The position numbers and the translations under genes were made by a program. A stretch of 64,000 nt of DNA from positions 169,446,001-169,510,000 of the forward strand of contig OX597817.1 of the NCBI GenBank assembly GCA_951406725.2, written 5' to 3'. Positions 48,157-61,534 of this stretch are shown here, in pieces; within the stretch, counting starts at the first letter, position 1; every line of letters begins with the position of its first letter. Below the pieces are notes generated by a model, which had not been told where the DNA came from, searched no databases, and worked only from the letters and a program-made list of their open reading frames with translations. The DNA comes from Octopus vulgaris. Lineage: Eukaryota.

Positions 48157-48647
48157 GTTTGGAACCCCTATCTTGCTCAGAACATTGACCTCCTGGAATC
48201 TGTCTAGAGACGTGCAACCAAACGCATACCCTCCATCAGACACCTACCATATTCTGAGAGCCTTGTTTCCCTGGGCATGGATTCACTGAAGCTCCGGCGT
48301 CTGGCGACGGACTTGGTAATCACCCACAAGGTTATCAACCACCTCACCAACAACAACACTGAACACCTTTTTGATCTCCATGTGTCTAACACACGTGGAC
48401 ATGCCTACAAAGTCAGAAAACAACACAGCTCCCATGATTTTCGGAAACATTTCTTCACGCTCAGAGTTGCTGAAGCATGGAATAAACTGCCTGCGTCAGT
48501 TGTTGACTGCCATGACACTGCATCCTTTAAGGCCCTCATGCTTTCCGAAATCCGCCGAAACTACACCTGATTATATATACACTTTAGATGAGTTGTAGTG
48601 CACCTGAGCACTGTACACAATTATTATTATTATTATTATTATTATTA
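48157..48647 (+). mobile_element. CR1-clade LINE 3' end
   Basis: VWNPYLAQNIDLLESV*RRATKRIP...RRLATDL...TRGH...FFTLRVAEAWNKLP...FK; short 3' UTR and (ATT)n. Confidence 0.9.
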
Positions 48648-48734
48648 TAAAGCAATTAGTAAAAATATTGTGCATGCTACCACTGTACATGCTTGTAAGT
48701 GATGGTTGTTGTGTGTGTGTGTGTGTGTGTGAGT

Positions 48735-49135
48735 ATTTTTTACTTGTTTCAGTCATTGGACTGCAACCATGTTAGGGTATCACCTTGAAGAGTTTTCGTT
48801 GAAATCAAGTGCAATGCTTTTTGTTTGTTTTTTTAAAGTCTGGTACTTATTTATCAATCTCTTGTCAAACTGCTAAGTTACAGGGATGTAAACAAACCAA
48901 TACTGTTTGTCAATGTTGGTGGTGGTGGTGGGGGGGGGACAAAAACGAAGACACACACACACACATATATACAATAGGCTTCTTTCAGTTTCCATCCACC
49001 AAGTCCCCTCATGCTACTTTGGTCAGCCTGGAACTATAACAGAAGACACTTGCTCAAGGTGCTTCAAAGTGAGATTGAACCCAGAGCTATGTCGTTGGGG
49101 AGTAAACTTCTAACCACACGGCTTCACCTGCACCT
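48735..49135 (-). mobile_element. Diverged H1+T1 SINE
   Basis: acttgtttcagtcattggactgc...ggcttctttcagtttcc...gaacccag. Confidence 0.75.
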
Positions 49136-49191
49136 CCCTCCCTCTCTCTCTCTCTCTCCCTTTCTCTCTCACACTCTCTCTTTCTCTCTCA

Positions 49192-49249
<58 letters not shown>

Positions 49250-49251
<2 letters not shown>

Positions 49252-49593
49252 GGTAAAGACCCCCTTTGGTCATGAATGACCATGGGATTGCACCTAGAAA
49301 GTTACCCTCCTAGACACAAGTCCGGGCAAGGTTGTTTATGGAAGACCAGCAGTCGCCCATGCATACCAGCCTCTCCTCTCCACACCACTAATGTTATCCA
49401 AGGGAAAGGAAAAGGGGCCGATACAGCTTGGCACCAGTGACGTCGCAACTCATTTCTACAGCTGAGTGAACTGGAGCAACGTGAAATAAAGTGCCTTGCT
49501 CAAGAACACAACATGCAGCCTGGTCCGGGATTCGAGCTCACAACCTCACGATCGTAAGCTCGACGCTCTAACCACTGAGCCATGTGCCTTCAC
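49250..49593 (-). mobile_element. SINE, head H3 with tail T4
   Basis: Minus strand reads gaaggcacaTGGCTCAGTGG...gctcgaatccc, CORE-like block, tail ending ggggtctttaccc. Confidence 0.9.
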
Positions 49594-49810
49594 TTATATA
49601 TATATATATGTATATAAATATATATATATACATACACACACAAACAGGTGAGTGCATAAAGTGCAAAACAAAGTAGAAAAAATAGTACTTGAATACCAAA
49701 GGTAGAGTAATATGCTTTTTATTAAAGCTGCAAAATTATCATAGAACTCAGAGTTTCACATTCCCATTTGTTGTACAGTTGTGTATGTGTGTATATATAT
49801 ATATATGTAG

Positions 49811-50131
49811 TGAGGGTGCATGGCTTAGTGGTTAGGGCATTCGGTTCATGATCGTAAGGTTGTGAGTTCGATTCCCGGCAACGCGTTGTGTCCTTGAGCA
49901 AGACACTTTATTTCACGTTGCCGCAGTCCACTCAGCTGGCAAAAATGAGTTGTACTTGTATTTCAAAGGGTCAGCCTTGTCACTCTCTGTGTCACGCTGA
50001 TTATCCCCGAGAACTACGTTAAGGGTACACGTGTCTGTGGAATGCTCAGCCATTTGCACGTTAATTTCACGAGCAAGCTGTTCCGTTGATCGTATCAGCT
50101 GGGACCCTCGTCGTCGTAACCGGCGGAGTCT
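49811..50131 (+). mobile_element. SINE, head H3 with tail T2
   Basis: TGGCTTAGTGG and GAGTTCGATTCC boxes, CORE-like ttgtgtccttgagcaagacact, then T2. Confidence 0.9.
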
Positions 50132-50337
50132 TACTAAGAAGATATATATGTATATAAATACGTAGACATGCACACATATATACATACATACATACACACA
50201 CATATATGTATGGTGTGTATGTATGCATGAATATATGTATATATAGATTTGGAATTACAAAAAGAAGATTAAAGTGCCTGGTACAAATGGAAAATTTTGA
50301 GTGGCAATAAAATGATGATACTGTAAATTTGAATGAA

Positions 50338-50411
<74 letters not shown>

Positions 50412-50544
50412 CATACATACAAACATATGCATATGTATATATGAAAGAGAGAGGAGGGGACAAAGAAAAAGGTGAGAGGTAAGTTAAAGAGTGAGAAGTG
50501 AATGATGACAATGCTAATGATGACAAAGGAGGAGAAGAAGAGTG

Positions 50545-50598
<54 letters not shown>

Positions 50599-50983
50599 GC
50601 CAGTATGTATGCCTGAGCAAGCTAGGAAGTTGAAGCAATTAAAAAGAGATTTCTTTTTCTAAAATTGATTCTAACATAAAACATTTTCATTGAAGAATTC
50701 TATCCATCCCATCCCCCCCTTTTCAAGCATTATTTCACTTTGTTTTTTGTTTGTCTTTTTTTGGTTTTTTTTTTATATGTGGGAGTGGGTTTCCTGTTCT
50801 CCATTGCCAAACCATTATAGCAGTCACAGCACTGTTTTACCATTCTATCAGCCACACACCTGATTTCCTATTATAACGCCACAGAATAAAACTAATTATT
50901 GCACTACGCTTGTATAGGAAACCTATTGCTTTCAGCTCTGATTGTACACACACCTGCATGAATACAGTTACAAGCGTGTGCGC

Positions 50984-51022
<39 letters not shown>

Positions 51023-51598
51023 TGTGTGTGTGTGTGTGCATACCTGTCTATACAAATGTGTATAAGTACAGTTACACACATATCTATTTCTATATATATG
51101 TGTATATATGCTTATATGTGTATGTATACTTATAAGTGTGTGTGTGTGTGCATACATGTCTATACAAATGTGTATAAGTACAGTTACACACATATCTGTT
51201 TCTATATATATATATATATATGTGTCTATATGCTTATATGTGTATGTATACTTATAAGTGTGTGTGTGTGTGTGTGCATGCTTATGTAAATATGTGTATA
51301 AGTACAATTACACACACAAACACACATACATGCACACATACACGTGTATGTATGTATGTTTATATGTATATGTATACATACATACGTATGTGTGTGAGTG
51401 TATGTGTGTATGTGTCTGTGTATGTGTGTGTGTGTGTATGTGTGATGTACTACTCAGCCACAAACCTTGTGAGAATTTGTTATCCCTGCATCTGTATCTG
51501 TTCCAAATACAATATATATACATACATGTATATATATATATGTATATATACATATATATATCTATATATATGTATGTATATCTATCTGGCTACATATG

Positions 51599-51634
<36 letters not shown>

Positions 51635-51672
51635 CTAATTATATATATATGTATCTAATTATATATATGTGT

Positions 51673-51711
<39 letters not shown>

Positions 51712-52526
51712 TACACATATATAAACACACAGTTACATTTAAAATCCAATACTATTTTCTATGTTTCTTAATTTAATTCATACTTTTTCGTTTCCTTACT
51801 TTCTTTCTGAAATTCTTTCTTTGCACATTTTATTCCCGTTTAACATTAAAGCTGGGGGTGGTTCCAGATTAAGAGGTTTTACCAAAATCCTCTAAAATTT
51901 TTTGTTTTCTTTTGTCTATTTCTTTGTTTAATTTCTTGCGATTCCTCAAGCTCAACTGTTTATAGGTTAAAAAAAAAATATATGTAAAGAACAGAAATCA
52001 ATGAAATAAAAAAGTATGATTCTCTGCTTGAAAATCAGAAGAAATCAAAGAATGCACCAATCGGTTGGTGCTGGTTGGAGGTGATGGAGGAATAGATGTC
52101 TGCAGGTAGAATGGAAGCGTGGATGGAGAGAATCAGATATATATGTACTTTTTGTAGAATGGAATTGCCAGTAATGACTGAACAGATAATCATCTCAGCA
52201 GAAAATCTTGGTTTGGCCCAAGTTCTTTGATATTATTTTTGAAATTGGTGATTACTATGAGGAAATATTGTATTTAAATTTGTACCGTTTTCTCGTGCAA
52301 AATTGTTTTCGCTTGTTTTTATGGAGATGAGGAAAAGAACACAAAGAAATGTTTCGAAAGTTTATCTAAAGTTGTTAAACGAGAAGAAATATCTAATTAC
52401 CAAAGAACTCCATAATTTTTTATTTGATTCATGTTTTTATTTTGGTTTTGTTTCCTTGATTTTTTTTTTTTCCACATTTTTTTTCTTTTTACTTGAATAT
52501 TGAAAAGTACAATGGAAACCAGCAGC

Positions 52527-53008
<482 letters not shown>

Positions 53009-53294
53009 ACAATGATGGTTTCCATGCTTGCATGGGTCAGATGATTCAGAAGGGACTGGTGAGCGACAGGACTGCATCACGCTCTGATGTCTTTTTTGGT
53101 GTGGTTTCTACAGCTGGGTGCTTTTCCTTATACTAACTACTTTACAGTGTGTACTAAGTACTTTTTACATGGCACCTGCACCAGTGAGGTCACCTAGTAA
53201 CTCACAAGGCAAGACCTCACAACTAAGAGTGGGGGAGTAAATATCAAGGGAGTGGGGTTTATGCCAGCTGAATAGATGTTAATGTATAGTAGTT

Positions 53295-53547
53295 TCCTTC
53301 TTCCTTCTCGAGTTATGCCTATTCATAAGGGCCAGTTTCCAAGTTTCTATGGGGTGTATATTCCGCACCTGGATGGGACGCCTGTTCGTCACAGGATTAC
53401 TCATTTTTGCCAGCTGAGTGGACTGGAGCAACGTGAAATGAAGTGTTTTGCTCAAGAACACAACGCATCGCCCGGTCCAGGAATTATGATCATGAGAACT
53501 TATGATCATGAGTCCAACATCCTAACCACTAAGCCACATGCTTCCAC
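53295..53547 (-). mobile_element. SINE, head H3 with tail T3
   Basis: cataagggccagtttcc...ctggatgggacg...gctcaagaacacaacg...ctaaccactaagcca. Confidence 0.8.
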
Positions 53548-53839
53548 AGTTAAAGTACGATAGTGGGGAGAGGAACAGGTGTCTTGATGTAGGGGAGATG
53601 TTGGTTGATCCAGCTGGAAGCAAAGCAGAACGGTGGTGAAAATGTGTCAGGGCATACTCTCAGGTAACGGAAAAGTCAATAAAGCAAAGTTGTATGGATG
53701 GGTAAATAAGTTTGTGGGATAAAGAGAGACAAATGGATACAGGGAGATACCTATCTAGATAACAAAATTCCATAAAATAAAATAAGTTTGTTTGTTGGAA
53801 TGTCAACAAATGCATTTCTTATATATTTGAATAAGGGCC

Positions 53840-54167
53840 CAGGAACCAGCCAGGATCCCTGGTCTGGTGGTACGTAAAAAGCACTATCCGACTCGTGGCC
53901 GATGCCAGCGCCGCCTCGACTGGCTTCCATGCCGGTGGCACATAAAATACACCAATCCGACCGTGGCCGTTGCCAGCCTCGCCTGGCACCTGTACAGGTG
54001 GCACGTAAAAAGCACCCACTACACTCACGGAGTGGTTGGCGTTAGGAAGGGCATCCAGCTGTAGAAACATTGCCAGATAAGACTGGAGCCTAGTGCAGCC
54101 TTTCTGGCTTCCCAGATCCCCGGTCGAACCGTCCAACCCATGCTAGCATGGAGAACGGACGTTAAAC

Positions 54168-54203
<36 letters not shown>
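53840..54203 (+). mobile_element. Family F repeat
   Basis: Three gcacgtaaaaagcac-type subunits and a (GAT)n tail. Confidence 0.85.
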
Positions 54204-54206
<3 letters not shown>

Positions 54207-54383
54207 AGCATTAGAAATAACTCCCTTTCATTACACACAGAACTTATTACATTATTTATTATTTTTCTGACAGAAACTGGTGCTACATAAAAAGCACTTG
54301 AGGAGGTTCCACATAGAAAGCAACCATGAGGGTGTATTGTAAACAGTACCCATGACTGTACCATGTATGGTGCACTCGTGCAA

Positions 54384-55080
54384 AGTGCCGGATTAAGATC
54401 CATAGAGACCCTAAGCACTTAAAATGTTTTGGTGCCCTCAAGTATATATCATCATCATCATCATTTAACATCTGCTTTCCATGCTAGCATGGGTTGGACG
54501 ATTTGACTGAGGACTGGCGAACCAGATGGCTGCACCAGGCCCCAATCTTGATCTGGCAGAGTTTCTACAGCTGGATGCCCTTCCTAATGCCAACCACTCT
54601 TAGAGTGTTGTGGGTGCTTTTACGTGCCACTGGCATGAGAGCCAGTCAGGCGGTACTGGCAACGACCACGGAAAAATCGTTTTTGGGGGGGTTTTTTGGT
54701 TCAAAATGTAAACAAAAATAATTTTAAATGTAAACAATAATAAACCATAAAATAAATTTTTATTTTTCAAAATGAGACAAAACTAACAGCAAGATGGAAA
54801 ATAACGTTTATTTTGTACACTTCCATTTTATTTATATTTGAAAAGTTTTCCCCTTCGTTTTTTTTTAATTTAGTTGCAAAGTCTTTGATGATATTGTTAA
54901 AATTAATTTTATGTAAGACTACTACTTCTATACTTAATAGAGATAAGGCATTACAAATATTATTTTAGCAAGTTTAAAGTGATTTCTTTTGTGCCATAAA
55001 CCATTTTCATTCCTGTGGCACCCCTGTCCCTTGATGCCCTAAGCATGTGGTTAGTTTGCTTAATGGTTAATCCAGTGCTG
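54384..55080. mobile_element. hAT-like non-autonomous element containing a minus-strand family F copy (54450-54670)
   Basis: agtgccggattaag...ttaatccagtgctg termini; homologous to 36669-37300. Confidence 0.6.
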
Positions 55081-55089
55081 CTTGGGTCT

Positions 55090-55305
55090 ATGCCAAGTAT
55101 TAAGCTCCAGTGCTGGTGCCACATAAAAAGCACCCAGTACACTCTGTAAAGTGGTTGGCATTAGGAAGGGGAGCTAGCCATAGAAACCATGCCAAAACAG
55201 GCAATTGGAGCCGGTGCAGCTCTCCACTCAACCAGCTCCTGTCAAACTATCCAACCCATGCCAGCATGAAAAATAGACAGTTAATGATGATGATGATGAT
55301 GATGA
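55090..55305 (+). mobile_element. Family F repeat (older subfamily)
   Basis: gtggttggcattaggaagggg...ccaacccatgccagcatg, then (GAT)n. Confidence 0.8.
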
Positions 55306-55564
55306 AACATTCACTAGTTTCTTAGAATTCTAGTATTTTTTTTTTTTTTGCAATGGCATCTCTAGAATGTTCTATAAATTTTCAGTTCCACAACATCCTG
55401 TATTGCTCCAATGAAATGTTTCTCTTAGTATAGTTACATACTGTTGTTGGCCTTTAATTTCCAAATCAACCCTAATCAAACTGACTTTTGACAGAAGGGG
55501 TTCCTCTGTGACTATCCAGTCTTTTATTTATAAATAATATAAAAAAAAAACACAATTTTCCGTG

Positions 55565-55767
55565 ACTGTTACCAGTACCGCCTGACTGGCCCTCGTGCCA
55601 GTGGTATGTAAAAGCACCCACTACACTCTTGGAGTGGTTGGTGTTAGGAAGGGCATCCAGCTGTAGAAACTCTGCCAGATCAGATTGGAGCCTGGTGCAG
55701 CCATCTGGTTCGCTAGTCCTCAGTCAAATCGTCCAACCCATGCTAGCATGGAAAGCAGATGTTAAAC

Positions 55768-55810
<43 letters not shown>
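55565..55810 (+). mobile_element. Family F repeat
   Basis: Canonical F 3' end with a long (GAT)n. Confidence 0.85.
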
Positions 55811-55811
<1 letters not shown>

Positions 55812-56103
55812 GGATCCCAATATATTTTTTGAGATGGTAGGGTTTGGTTTGAGGAAGAATTGGCTTCTTTTTTTTTAACAGGTTGCACAACATTGTTGGC
55901 TCCTTCATAATTATTTTGTGCTCTTTGATGCCAAGTGAGACAAGAATGTCTTAGTTGCCAATAACAACATCACTGTCGTCATCACCACCACCACCACCAC
56001 TAACATTACATCATTGGCTATTCCAACCATTCTGCAGTGCTATCAGCAGATTCCCTATTATCAACATCAGTAGGTTCTTCACCACCACCAACACTACCAT
56101 TTT

Positions 56104-56272
<169 letters not shown>

Positions 56273-56999
56273 CCATCACCATCATCATCACTCCAACCGT
56301 CCCCGCCCCAAATACTACCACTAACAAACCATCAACACCATCTTCACCACCATTACCATTACAAACACGTGATGTTGCTACATGTTGCACCTGACTCCAC
56401 CTGTTGGTTAACGCTGAAGCCACTACATGTCATAACTGATTCCACCGTTTGTTTAATGCTGATGTTGCTATTACAGCATGACCCGCCCCAAAACTTTTGT
56501 TTTATAGCGATGTCAATAGAATAAAGTTGATGAGACTATTGATCTCGTTAACAGTGATAAAGGAAGGAATAAATTAGAATCACTGTGGGTTGTTACTAGT
56601 CATTATTATCAGTTTTGAGTGAGTGTGTCTGTTGATAATGGGACCAAGGTTGGACATGAATAATCCAACAGAAGCAAACCTGCTTCGCTCTAGTTTATCA
56701 CATTTAAAGTCCTGAGTCTTTCAAACTGAATCAACTCTTGTTAAAACTATAGATCACTAAACAATTGCTTCTATTGATTTAACAATGGTTATAAACAAAC
56801 CAATTTCTAGCTAACACCAGCGGGGTTATGGATGACTTAACATCAAGCAAATTACAGCATAGAGAAAGAGAGAGAGAGAGAGAGACAGAGAGAGAGACAG
56901 AGAGAGAGTGAGAGACTTGATCAGTCTTACTTGATACCCTTTCTTTATTAAACAAACAATGTGAAGAAAAAAAGCTTCCACTAAAAATAAACAGCAAGG

Positions 57000-57055
<56 letters not shown>

Positions 57056-57056
<1 letters not shown>

Positions 57057-57517
57057 GAGCAAAAAGCCCCCCCCCCCGGTCCAATGGACGGTGCTGAGTT
57101 GTCAAACATTTAAACCAAGTTTTCTCAAAACAACTTGTCCGACCGTCCCATAGGCCTCCCCTTCGAGAAACACTGATTCAACCTAAATTTGAGACACCAG
57201 CAAAAGAAGAAATAAAGATAGAGTTTTTTCTATTCCAAAGAAAAACGATTTTATTCACACAAATATGCAACCTCAGAGTTTAAAGTACCAGTAAGTACAT
57301 CACAACAGCTGATGTCCTTGCGTGTACAAATGCACGTTCCCATGGCTTTATCAATCGCATTCTCACCTGGAATCGATTTTTGTAATTTTTTAAAGACTTA
57401 TACACACCCTGATACCGTCAGTATCTACATAACAAATTTGAGCGCAATTGGATGGGGGATGCCCGAGATCCTAGAAGACACATGCACAGACAGACAGAAC
57501 AGAATTTATATAATAGA
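57056..57517 (-). mobile_element. Non-autonomous Helitron-like element
   Basis: Minus strand starts A|TCTATTATATA with (CTGT)n near the 5' end and ends with hairpin ccgtcc-att-ggac-cgg followed by CTCG|T (canonical CTAG). Confidence 0.55.
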
Positions 57518-57567
57518 TATTCACGTACACTTGTCTGTATCCATATGTGTATATTTGTGCATATACT

Positions 57568-57947
57568 GGCGCAATGGCCTGGTGGTTAGGGCAGCGGACT
57601 CGTGGTCATAGGATCGCGGTTTCGATTCCCAGACCAGGCGTTGTGAGTGTTTCTTGAGCGAAAACACCTAAAGCTCCACGAGGCTCCGGCAGGGGATGGT
57701 GGTGATCCCTGCTGTACTCTTTCACCACAACTTTCTCTCACTCTTACTTCCTGTTTCTGTTGTACCTGTATTTCAAAGGGCCAGCCTTGTCACTCTCTGT
57801 GTCACGCTGAATATCCCCGAGAACTACATTAAGGGTACACGTGTCTGTGGAGTGCTCAGCCACTTACACGTTAATTTCACGAGCAGGCTGTTCCGTTGAT
57901 TCGGATCATCCGGAACCCTCGTCGTCGTAACCGACGGAGTGCTTCCA
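57568..57947 (+). mobile_element. SINE, head H2 with tail T2
   Basis: Near-identical to 17939-18321. Confidence 0.9.
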
Positions 57948-57951
57948 CTCA

Positions 57952-58252
57952 CTGGCACTCTGTTGGTTACAACAACGAGGGTTCCATTTGATCCAATCAA
58001 TGATTCAGCCTGCCGCCTGTGAAGTTAACGAGCACTCTGCAGGTATACGTACCCTCAACGTAATTCTCTGTGGGATTCAGCATGACACAGAATGTGACAA
58101 GGCTGACCTTTTGAATTACAGGTCAACTCATTTTTGCCAGCTGACTGGACTGGAGCAGCATGAAATAAAGTGTCTTGCTCAAGGATACAATGCACAGTCA
58201 GGCATCAAACTCATGATCATGAGTCAAGTACCCTAACCACCTGGACACATGC
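57952..58252 (-). mobile_element. Diverged SINE, head H3 with tail T2
   Basis: Inverted T2 directly after the previous SINE; tcttgctcaaggatacaa...ccctaaccac. Confidence 0.8.
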
Positions 58253-58295
58253 TGAGTATTATTATGACAACCAACTAATTGTCACATATTATATT

Positions 58296-58345
<50 letters not shown>

Positions 58346-58358
<13 letters not shown>

Positions 58359-58626
58359 TTAGAGACAAAAATATTGATTATTTTTAGATCTGAAATCCAC
58401 CTGATGAATGTCCTTAGAAGAGACACGAAACAATTGTAGTGGCGAATTTAATTTTATTAAATTTATATTAAATTTTTTTATGTATTGGATTAAGTCTTTC
58501 TTTGTTTGATTTGCAAAATAGTGGTTTTGTCTCTAATTAATATTATATAATATTTTACTATAAAATTGGATTCAATCCTAAATCTGATTTTTCCCTGTAA
58601 ATTTGGATTTATTCCCTAATATTTAT

Positions 58627-58630
<4 letters not shown>
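58346..58630 (+). mobile_element. Penelope-like terminal remnant with a hammerhead and a 25-bp inverted repeat, in (TA)n
   Basis: tatataatattaattagagacaaaa (58346-58370) is inverted at 58525-58549; (TA)n flanks. Confidence 0.7.
58397..58442 (+). ncRNA. Minimal type I hammerhead ribozyme
   Basis: CCAC CUGAUGA aUGUC cuuagaaga GACAc GAAA CAAUUG UA|GUGG; palindromic minimal stem III. Confidence 0.75.
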
Positions 58631-58655
<25 letters not shown>

Positions 58656-58657
<2 letters not shown>

Positions 58658-59038
58658 CTCTTTACTCTTTTACTTGTTTCAGTCATTTGACTGTGGCCAT
58701 GCTGGAGCACTGCCTTTAGTCGAGCAAATCGACCCCGGGATTTATTCTTTGTAAGCCCAGTACTTATTCTATCGGTCTCTTTTGCCGAACCACTAAGTGA
58801 CGGGGATGTGAACATACCAGCATCGGTTGTCAAGCAATGCTAGCGGGACAACCACAGACACACAAACACACATACATATATATATATACATATATACGAC
58901 AGGCTTCTTTTCAGTTTCCGTCTACCAAATCCACTGCTATAGCAGAAGACACATGCCAAAGATGCTACACAGTGGGACTGAACCCAGAACCATGTGGTTG
59001 GTTAGCAAGCTACTTACCACACAGCCACTCCTGCGCCT
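58656..59038 (-). mobile_element. H1+T1 SINE with a short internal deletion
   Basis: Matches 10712-11135. Confidence 0.9.
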
Positions 59039-59046
59039 ATATATAA

Positions 59047-59081
<35 letters not shown>

Positions 59082-59224
59082 TAGATAGATAGGTAGATAG
59101 ATAGATAGATAGATAAAAGTTACTTGGAAAAGGATGCATGGTGTTCGATCATATAATAATATAAATAATATATAAATATATGCATATATACATACATATA
59201 TGTACCTACTTACATATATATGTA

Positions 59225-59380
59225 TCATCATCGTTTAATGTTTGTTTTCCATGCTGGCATATGTTAGACAGTTTGACTGAGGACTGGCAAGCCAGTAGGC
59301 TGACCAGGCTCCAATCTGATCTGGCAAGGTCTCTACAGCTGAACAGACTTCCTAATGCCAACCACTCCAAAAGTGTAGTG
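59225..59380 (-). mobile_element. Family F 3' fragment
   Basis: atcatcgtttaatg...ttcctaatgccaaccactcc. Confidence 0.75.
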
Positions 59381-59445
59381 ATTTTGGGTAGGTAGGTAGG
59401 TAATATTTAGTTGTGTACAAATGATGTACAACTGCTTCAGTTATG

Positions 59446-59519
59446 CTTCCCATAGATTATCCAGTATACTTCCCATAGATTATCCAGTATACTTCCCATA
59501 GATTATCCAGTATACTTCC
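59446..59519. repeat. Perfect 23-bp tandem repeat, 3.2 copies
   Basis: Unit cttcccatagattatccagtata. Confidence 0.95.
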
Positions 59520-60080
59520 TGTATTGTGGCTAAGAAACTCCTATACAAAGTGGTATTATTAAGTTATGAAATACAAAGCAAATATAGGAGAAAATGAGAT
59601 AAACGTATATTTATATTATTAGTTCCTACATAGATTTCACTATTATGATTGTTTGGAACTCAGCATTGTACATTCCAAGTGCATTTGGAATCTTAAGTAG
59701 ACTAGATCATCAGGGAATATTTTATTGCATTAAGTTTCAGAGAACTAGTGACACTAGTTCAGAAATACTAATGCTTTGTACTTAATGTAATAAAGTGTTT
59801 CCTGATGATCTGTTCTGGATAAACATCTAAATACACTTGGGAGACCAAATGTAGGGTTCCAAACAAGCATAATGGTAAAATGTATGTTGGAACTAGTAAT
59901 ATCAACTTGTGTTTATCTTAATTTCTCACATTGTGATAAACTGCATCTACCAACATTATCATGGATCTCTGAGCCCCCAGAAACAGTTGTTGGACTTATA
60001 ACACCTTTCTTTCACCCCTTTAATTTTCTCTACCATTTGTACTCTGTGTAAGTTGGCTCTATTGATATAGATATCAATAT

Positions 60081-60504
60081 CACTTTCACCTTGACCGACC
60101 AGTCCGTCAGGCGTCCATTTGACACTGCTGGTCACAGCACGCTGTCCACTCCTCTCTGGATCGCGCCTTTCTCATCCACGTGATCCCAATCGTCCTCTTG
60201 AAATCGTCTCTCCACCGTCGTGGAGGTCTTCCAGGTGGTCTTTTCCGCTCACGCGGGTACCACTCGACAACTGCGTGCGTCCACCGATTATCGGTGAGCC
60301 GGGCGACGTGTCTGGCCCATCTATACTTGCTGCGAGTATACCCTGCGATGACATCTCTCACGCCAGACTTCTTTCTGACGATGTTGCTATTCATGGGCTA
60401 CCACAAAGAGAGAAGAGCAAAGACTGATAACGGCTCAAAGAGCCATGGAAAGGTCAATGCTTGGTGTCTCGTTGAGAGAGCACATAAATAGCAACATCAT
60501 CAGA
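60081..60504 (-). mobile_element. RTE-clade LINE 3' end with an inverted 5' segment
   Basis: Minus strand: NSNIVRKKSGVRD...RWARHVAR...RPPGRPPRRWRDD...EEW; plus strand 60394-60504: WATTKREEQRLITAQRAMERSMLGVSLREHINSNIIR; 12-bp TSD agatatcaatat. Confidence 0.9.
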
Positions 60505-60674
60505 TATCAATATATTTATGCTTAAATATTCATCATCCAAAAGTTTCCACCATTTTGCTTTCTCTTATTTTGCATGTATACATTTATACATATTTTCTAT
60601 TTCATACTCAATTTATTATATTCTATATATCGTACTTGTTTATCTGCATAATTTTCCGATATATATATATATAT

Positions 60675-60986
60675 ATCACTGTGATCACTGTGAGCGACCA
60701 GGCTATCAGATGTTGCTACAGATCGCTGGTCACAATGCACTGCGCATTGTTTTAGCCTTCAAATGACACCACCCCACTGGCTAAGCAAGCAGACCAATGG
60801 AAGAAAGAGTGAGAGAAAGTTGTGGTGAAAGAGTACAGCAGGGATCGCCACCAGCCCCTGCCGGAGCCTCGTGGAGCTTTTAGGTGTTTTCACTCAATAA
60901 ACACTCACAACACCCTGTCTGGGAATCGAAACCGCAATCCTACAACTGCGAGTCAACTGCCCTAACCACTAGGCCATTGCGCCTCC
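60675..60986 (-). mobile_element. SINE, head H2 with tail T5
   Basis: Reverse complement of 7401-7710. Confidence 0.9.
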
Positions 60987-61020
60987 ACACACACACACAC
61001 ACACACACAAATATATATAT

Positions 61021-61517
61021 ATGAGAAAAGAAGTAAACAGAGAAATTGATGTATAGACATCAGTTTATTCAAAGATATTCAAATCAATATAATATGAAAT
61101 TGTTATCCCTACAGCCGTTTCCATATCCAAGTAGTTCAATTAGAGAAATTAAATTAGATTAAATTAATCTTGAAACTGGTTAATTGGTTATTTTATCCGG
61201 GAATAATTTCCAGAAAGGAGTTACATTCCAACGTGTTGGTTGGCCCTTGACCAATGTATGTATTTAAATGTATGTATCTATGTATTTAAAAAAAAACCCC
61301 GTTGTGTATGATATAGTTGTGCGCATGAATATCTTTGAATAAACTGTTGTCTATACACCAATTTTTCCATTTTCTTCTTTATCTCATTCATAAATATTTT
61401 AAATATCAGTATACACAAATACAAAACTAAAGTATCTGATTTTCACTGAACACTAGTATAAACCGGAGAATTAGGATGCAAACATCTCTTAAAGGGTTAT
61501 AGATCCTTGGCACGATT
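61021..61517. mobile_element. Penelope-like terminal remnant: inverted repeat of about 60 bp plus tail, in (TA)n
   Basis: Arms 61021-61081 and 61326-61388; decayed hammerhead-like motif on the minus strand. Confidence 0.55.
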
Positions 61518-61534
61518 ATATATATATATATATC

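Noticed and set aside
49645-49790. Possible hammerhead remnant on the minus strand (…gtgaaactctgag…)
   Set aside because: The core is too decayed to support from this copy alone.
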